A stretch of 11,914 nucleotides of DNA from positions 1 through 11,914 of the forward strand of contig CAMAPH010000065.1 of the NCBI GenBank assembly GCA_945859975.1. Reading direction: 5' to 3'. This stretch comes from Chthonomonas calidirosea. GTDB lineage: Bacteria; Armatimonadota; Fimbriimonadia; Fimbriimonadales; Fimbriimonadaceae. Below the pieces are notes generated by a model, which did no database searches, was not told the origin of the DNA, and saw only the letters and a program-made list of their open reading frames with translations. Every line of letters begins with the position of its first letter. The stretch's first letter is position 1. The translations under genes and the position numbers were made by a program. This document shows positions 7,798-11,914 of the stretch, one piece after another.

Positions 7798-8529
7798 ATG
7801 AAACTGTCTCAACTGTTAATGCTCTCGACACTGTTCGCTACAACTCTGCTCACGGGGTGTGGAGGTACGGCACAAAGTAGTAGCGCCCCAACTGGCGTTC
7901 GTTTACGCTACATGCAACTAAGCCCTTATCCTGAATTACTGCCCGCTCGGTTCACCGATGGGAATGGAACTGAAACAGTCCGAACTGCGGAACAGTGGGG
8001 ACAACTCTCAGAATGGGGGAACGAAATACCATTCGAACAATCTAACGTTCGGATTAAACTCGATGGTGAAGCGGAGTTTACGGACTTTACTCCTCTAGAG
8101 AGAACTCAGGCTCCACAGGGTTTGGTTACAATTGCGGTTGGTAGCACTGGAGTAAGGTCCCTTCGAGCGTGGTACCCACCATCGGACGGAAGCCGTTGCT
8201 CCTTACAGATGATAGGATTCCGCACTAGTTTCCCGGAAGACGGCGGAGCCTACGAAGTTTTCCTGAGAAAATCCGATCTTTCGGAAGTAAAGATTGGCGG
8301 CTTTTCCGAGGGAAGAGAACCACAGATGCCCATCGACTTTGTGCCACCAGCGGGTGAAGTCACGGTGGTTCTGAGGCTCTATTTCACGGGTGAAGTCTAC
8401 GACGTATTCGGCAGAATGACGTTTAAGCCAGGAATGACGTACATTGGGTTTACGGGAAAGCGGGCAAACGGAGATGGGACGTTCCGGAAGATCAGTCGAA
8501 TATGGGAAGATCCATTTCCTAGCCGTTAG
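7798..8529 (+). CDS. Lipoprotein, possibly DUF4397-like beta-sandwich
   Basis: ATG 7798 lies 1 nt after the upstream stop. The signal 'MKLSQLLMLSTLFATTLLTGC' has lipobox LTGC, followed by a GGTAQSSS linker. 'VRLRYMQLSPYPE' resembles the DUF4397 start (VRV+HASP). The protein is 243 aa. Confidence 0.8.
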   Translation: MKLSQLLMLSTLFATTLLTGCGGTAQSSSAPTGVRLRYMQLSPYPELLPARFTDGNGTETVRTAEQWGQLSEWGNEIPFEQSNVRIKLDGEAEFTDFTPLERTQAPQGLVTIAVGSTGVRSLRAWYPPSDGSRCSLQMIGFRTSFPEDGGAYEVFLRKSDLSEVKIGGFSEGREPQMPIDFVPPAGEVTVVLRLYFTGEVYDVFGRMTFKPGMTYIGFTGKRANGDGTFRKISRIWEDPFPSR

Positions 8530-8557
8530 CCGTGCTGATCATGACCTACCGCCAGTT

Positions 8558-8588
8558 TGAGGAACTTTTTTAGCAGCAAAGTTCCTCA
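8558..8588 (+). terminator. Hairpin downstream of the cassette operon
   Basis: TGAGGAACTTT-9nt-AAAGTTCCTCA forms a perfect 11-bp stem 28 nt after the lipoprotein stop. The U-tail is poor. Confidence 0.4.
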
Positions 8589-8600
8589 GTTCGGATTTAG

Positions 8601-8690
8601 GAAAACGGCGTTCTCATCACGATCTTGCACAAAACGGATCGAAACGCCATCGACGCACCCCACTCAACCCCCAAGACCGGCAAGGCGTAA
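8601..8690 (+). pseudogene. 3' remnant of the paralogue of the 8783-9493 gene
   Basis: 8601-8666 reads ENGVLITILHKTDRNAIDAPHS versus EDRILFFISHKADRNAKDALHS at 9350-9415 (13/22 aa, 47/66 nt identical, ungapped). It is bounded by in-frame stops. Confidence 0.85.
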
Positions 8691-8766
8691 CCATCGCCCG
8701 CTTCGTTCGACCCTTTTCCGAAGCCGCTTCGGTTCACAATCCAAGGAATGTTCCGCGTGCAAACAG

Positions 8767-8793
8767 TAAGTAGAATCCGCCTATGCGGTTGAA
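8767..8793 (+). repeat. Direct repeat copy 2 (promoter plus start of intact paralogue)
   Basis: 25/27 identical to 5486-5512. TAGAAT (8771-8776) lies 6 nt before ATG 8783. Confidence 0.9.
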
Positions 8794-9493
8794 CGAACGA
8801 GGAAGTCTGTTCACCGGGCTTCATTTTTCCAACTCTCGGCGGAAGGGTTTGCGCATTCGGAGAACCACGTTTTATCTGCTTTTCTTGCTGTCCATTTGGG
8901 CAGCCATGGTCGTGATCACCCTTGATCTCGTGTCGTTCCGTGTAAGCGTCGAGGCTCATTCCGGGACAGTCTTGTTTCTGATTTTGATCCCTTGGTTTGC
9001 GGCAGGAATGTCTCGTCGACGCAAAACGCAATACGAAGGAGCTACCCTTACGACGCTCATCGGGCTTGGTTGCCTCGTCGGTGGCCCCGTGACTGTGCAG
9101 GCAAGGGCGTCAGCAATCACGACCAGCCAGTTTGATAAGGTCCGGGCAATCTCGCGCGCCACTTTCGAGTACGCAAGCGACCACGCCGAAAACCTGCCGC
9201 CCGCGAATATCTGGATGGATTCGATCTCGAACCGCGTGTCCGAGGAAGACTTCACCCTTGGAAAAAATCTCGTCCCGCCGCAACAGGGCTACCATGTCGC
9301 GATGAACTCAGACTTCGGTAGCAAGTCAATAAGCAAAATTGACCGGCCAGAAGATCGCATCCTCTTCTTCATCTCGCACAAGGCAGATCGAAACGCCAAA
9401 GACGCCCTTCATTCACGGATCGAAAATACGGTCTGCGCAAAAGTAAGTGGCAGCGTGACAATGCTCGGCAAAATTACTTCTTCGAAACCTTAG
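8783..9493 (+). CDS. Membrane protein with about 3 TM segments and a degenerate DUF1559/pilin-like C-terminal domain
   Basis: Three hydrophobic segments are followed by 'QARASA..SQFDKVRAISRATFEYASDHAENLPPANIWMDSI', which resembles the 'C.SNLKQ+G.A..MY..DYDE.LP' block seen in 413-1081, and by 'GYHVAMNS' and 'PEDRILFF'. The start is supported by the conserved paralogous ATG. Confidence 0.75.
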   Translation: MRLNERGSLFTGLHFSNSRRKGLRIRRTTFYLLFLLSIWAAMVVITLDLVSFRVSVEAHSGTVLFLILIPWFAAGMSRRRKTQYEGATLTTLIGLGCLVGGPVTVQARASAITTSQFDKVRAISRATFEYASDHAENLPPANIWMDSISNRVSEEDFTLGKNLVPPQQGYHVAMNSDFGSKSISKIDRPEDRILFFISHKADRNAKDALHSRIENTVCAKVSGSVTMLGKITSSKP

Positions 9494-9881
9494 GCAACTT
9501 CGGTGCTCGATGCGCCTGGAAAGCCCGGAAGGCTTTCAGGGCAACCATCGCAATGTTGATGCCGGGCACGAGTTTGCTGAGCAAAGGCCCTGCGGCCATC
9601 GAAGCGTTCTCAAAAACTCCTGCCGCATTCGATGCCTTCGTCCCGACCGTCTGCGTCGTCTGACGAACCGAACTCGCAACGTCATCCACCTTCGCGGCTG
9701 TCGACTGAACCGTGTCCACCAGCCGATTCACCTTGACGTTCAGTTCGGCGAGCTGTGGCTTGCTCTCTTCCAGCATTTTCACTACCTTCAGACCGATAAC
9801 TGCCAGCACGACCAGCACCACCAGGTTAACGACAAAGAACAGCGCGGAGACCACTAACCACCAAATCGGAATTTCTGTCAT
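9474..9881 (-). CDS. DUF948/YoxC-like membrane-anchored coiled-coil protein
   Basis: A single long N-terminal TM helix is followed by a heptad-rich helix (LNVKVNRLVDTVQSTAAKVDDVASSVRQTT) and an amphipathic, basic C-terminus. It overlaps the convergent gene by 20 nt. Confidence 0.7.
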   Translation of the reverse strand: MTEIPIWWLVVSALFFVVNLVVLVVLAVIGLKVVKMLEESKPQLAELNVKVNRLVDTVQSTAAKVDDVASSVRQTTQTVGTKASNAAGVFENASMAAGPLLSKLVPGINIAMVALKAFRAFQAHRAPKLPKVSKK

Positions 9882-9932
9882 ATCACTTTGCCTACGCCAA
9901 AGGGTACTAGGTTAGCCCACGGACTTGCCATT

Positions 9933-11914
9933 TCACGGGACTACTTCCACCTCAACCGTAACCGTCCCGTTCTTCGGTAGGTTGATCGTCAGTTCAAGTT
10001 CACCGTTCACGGCTTCAATAATTTGCTCGCCAAACTTGAACCGGCGACCCCAAAGCCCGCTGATCCGAAGGGTCGTGGACATGTTGATCTTTGCCGGGTT
10101 CTGAATCCGAACCCCCGCCTTGCGCTTCCGCGCTCCGAACCGAAGATCCAAGATCCGACCGAAAGTGATCTTTGCTTCGAGCCCGATATGCCGAACCACG
10201 ATGCGCCGTCCGATTCCATCCCAAGGGCGAATCGTGTACACAAACTCGTTCATCACCTGCTCCACCTCAAAGTGGCAGCCGAAGGTCTGCATGCCCTCTT
10301 CCACCGTCGGCAGCACGTAGCTCGCCACGCTCCGCATGTATTGGTAAAGCGGAATGCCAAGCTCTCCGGTCGATCGATTCATTCCGTAATGGGCACTCGC
10401 CATATCCGGCGTAAACCCGAGCGACCCCGCACCGTCCGCCCGAACCAGGGCCCAAGGCGCCAGCAATCCACCAAACGCCGCCCGCATGTAAGCCTCCGGC
10501 AACGCACTCGCATCGTGCTCCAAAAGCGCCAGCGCAATCTGGCTGTTCGCCACGCTGCTCAAGCCATGACAAATCTCGCCCTTGTCGGCAACCGTCGGAT
10601 GCCCGTAAAGGTCCTCCAACCAGCGCTTGTCCGAGCCGTACCACCACCAACTCGGACTTAGCGACCGCGAAGCAAACGCCAGCCGCGAAGCCCGCTCCGC
10701 GAGCTCATCATTTCCGCGCCGCCGCGATACGTCGTAAACCTCAGAGAACCCATCGCCATTCCAAAGCGTTTCCCCCGCGAATGGGTACTGCTTGGCCATA
10801 AACTCGTCCGACCGACGATTGAGCAACTGCCCCAGGATCTGGGTCTCCTCGTGCATCTCGAACCGCCAAAGCGTGGTCAGCAGGTTCATCATCTCGTCCA
10901 TCAGCGGCAAGCCAACTCCCGTGGTGACCCCCGGATTCGCGTTTCGGAACATTGCGAAGGCAATCTTTGCCGACTGCTCCAGATACTCCTGCGGACTCTT
11001 CTCCGTTACCGGCACGAGCTCCGCCAGCCGCGCCATCGCCAGATACAGCGTCACCGCCATCGGATACGTCTGCGGCCGACCGAACACCGCCGAGATTCCG
11101 TTGAGCGAAGGAATGATTGACCCAACGCTGCCATCGCCGGGGTTAACCACGAACTCTTCAACAAAGTGCTTCAGGTGTCGATCCAGCGCCTTAATCTCGG
11201 CCGATTCCGGAATGTGCCGATTCTTTTCCGCCAAGAAAATCGCATCCGCAAAGCTGCTCTCGATGCCGAAGGCAGAAACAAACGTCTCCAACTCCGTCAT
11301 CGGCAAGCCGGTCAAGTTGTCCGCCGGCAAAATCGCGTGCTTCAGCGGTCCCGTCTTGGCGATCTGCTTCGTGAGAATGTAGTTCGCCCGCTTGGTCATC
11401 AGGTCGGTGATCGGCTCGGTGAACAGCAAGTGCATCTTGCTCATCCGGCCCTGCGTGTCCTCAAACGACAACATCACCGGCCCCGGCCGGGTTGGGCGAA
11501 CAAAGCAGAATCCGCCCGCCTCGTCGGCGTCTGTCTCCGTCTCGGCCTCCACGTCCGTATCGAACTGCGTCGGCGTCGCGCCAACAATCTCAACTGCGAT
11601 CCCAACGTCCATCGGCGCAACCGCCGCTGGAAGCAATCGAATCGCCGGCTGACCGAACATCGCGAGTGCTGAACTCACATGGTCGTTCTTATCGCGCTCT
11701 GCGACCAAAAACTTAAGCTGCACGTTCGCCGTTTCGCCGGGTTCCAGAATTCGATTACTGTGCCCGTTGAACCACTCCGTCCACTCCTCACGCTCAATCG
11801 TCGCCAGACTGTGGACGTAAACGATCGGAATCCCGTCCCACCGGTACGGCGTCGCCAAGCTCGCCGGAACGTTGTTCGTAAACTCCCAACTCGTGTTCTC
11901 ACCCGGCACCACCA
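9933..11914 (-). CDS. DUF5695-like putative glycoside-hydrolase-fold protein (5' end outside window)
   Basis: The ORF is open to the window edge. 'YPFAGET.W...GFSEVY', 'PSWWWYGSDKRW', 'RAAFGGLLAPWALVRADGAGS', 'STGELG' and 'IRPWDGIGRRIVV' follow the order of motifs I recall for DUF5695 proteins. Confidence 0.65.
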   Translation of the reverse strand, partial: VVPGENTSWEFTNNVPASLATPYRWDGIPIVYVHSLATIEREEWTEWFNGHSNRILEPGETANVQLKFLVAERDKNDHVSSALAMFGQPAIRLLPAAVAPMDVGIAVEIVGATPTQFDTDVEAETETDADEAGGFCFVRPTRPGPVMLSFEDTQGRMSKMHLLFTEPITDLMTKRANYILTKQIAKTGPLKHAILPADNLTGLPMTELETFVSAFGIESSFADAIFLAEKNRHIPESAEIKALDRHLKHFVEEFVVNPGDGSVGSIIPSLNGISAVFGRPQTYPMAVTLYLAMARLAELVPVTEKSPQEYLEQSAKIAFAMFRNANPGVTTGVGLPLMDEMMNLLTTLWRFEMHEETQILGQLLNRRSDEFMAKQYPFAGETLWNGDGFSEVYDVSRRRGNDELAERASRLAFASRSLSPSWWWYGSDKRWLEDLYGHPTVADKGEICHGLSSVANSQIALALLEHDASALPEAYMRAAFGGLLAPWALVRADGAGSLGFTPDMASAHYGMNRSTGELGIPLYQYMRSVASYVLPTVEEGMQTFGCHFEVEQVMNEFVYTIRPWDGIGRRIVVRHIGLEAKITFGRILDLRFGARKRKAGVRIQNPAKINMSTTLRISGLWGRRFKFGEQIIEAVNGELELTINLPKNGTVTVEVEVVP

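Larger units (their letters stand above)
5765..8600. mobile_element. Horizontally acquired two-gene cassette interrupting a pseudogene (boundaries approximate; no mobility gene)
   Basis: GC is lower in spot counts (25/60 at 6661-6720 and 27/60 at 7321-7380, versus 38/60 at 4021-4080 in thrS), with many A/T-ending codons. The cassette is flanked by the 5' and 3' halves of one broken gene. Confidence 0.65.

Noticed and set aside
8718..8732. Small hairpin CCGAAG-ccg-CTTCGG
   Set aside because: A 6-bp stem without a convincing U-tract could arise by chance.
5486..8793. Interpretation as an intact prophage, IS or integron cassette
   Set aside because: There is no integrase, transposase, capsid or terminase gene and no attC-like structure. 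The repeats are explained at least as well by tandem gene duplication.
8557..9031. ORFs 8557-8769 (+) and 8597-9031 (-)
   Set aside because: The real homology in this interval is in another plus frame (8601-8690) and in the 8783 gene. These ORFs show no protein-like features.
1..11914. CRISPR arrays, tRNA/rRNA genes, T-box leader
   Set aside because: No regularly spaced repeats or recognisable RNA gene motifs were seen, and the intergenic gaps are short.

Overview
A GC-rich bacterial chromosomal segment; the DUF1559-type prepilin-like genes suggest Armatimonadota (inference). The core genes are a small membrane/exported protein, a prepilin-type N-methylation (DUF1559-like) protein, a 605-aa conserved hypothetical with repeated winged-helix-like units, a DHFR/RibD-C family reductase, a short thrS lacking the TGS domain, a DUF948-like protein and a 5'-truncated DUF5695-like protein. 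The notable part lies after thrS. A gene encoding a membrane-anchored DUF1559-like protein was tandemly duplicated, with unit starts at 5486 and 8767. The first copy is now a frameshifted pseudogene split in two (5502-5764 and about 8601-8690) by a lower-GC two-gene cassette that has no integrase or transposase. The cassette encodes a 634-aa protein whose N-terminus resembles the RcGTA/phage head-spike base protein (Rcc01079 family) fused to a beta-helix-like region, followed by a lipoprotein. No capsid genes are present in the window. Four genes, including the cassette's first gene, have a TAnnnT hexamer exactly 6 nt before the start codon, the signature of leaderless transcription. Family assignments come from motif recognition by eye, not database searches.
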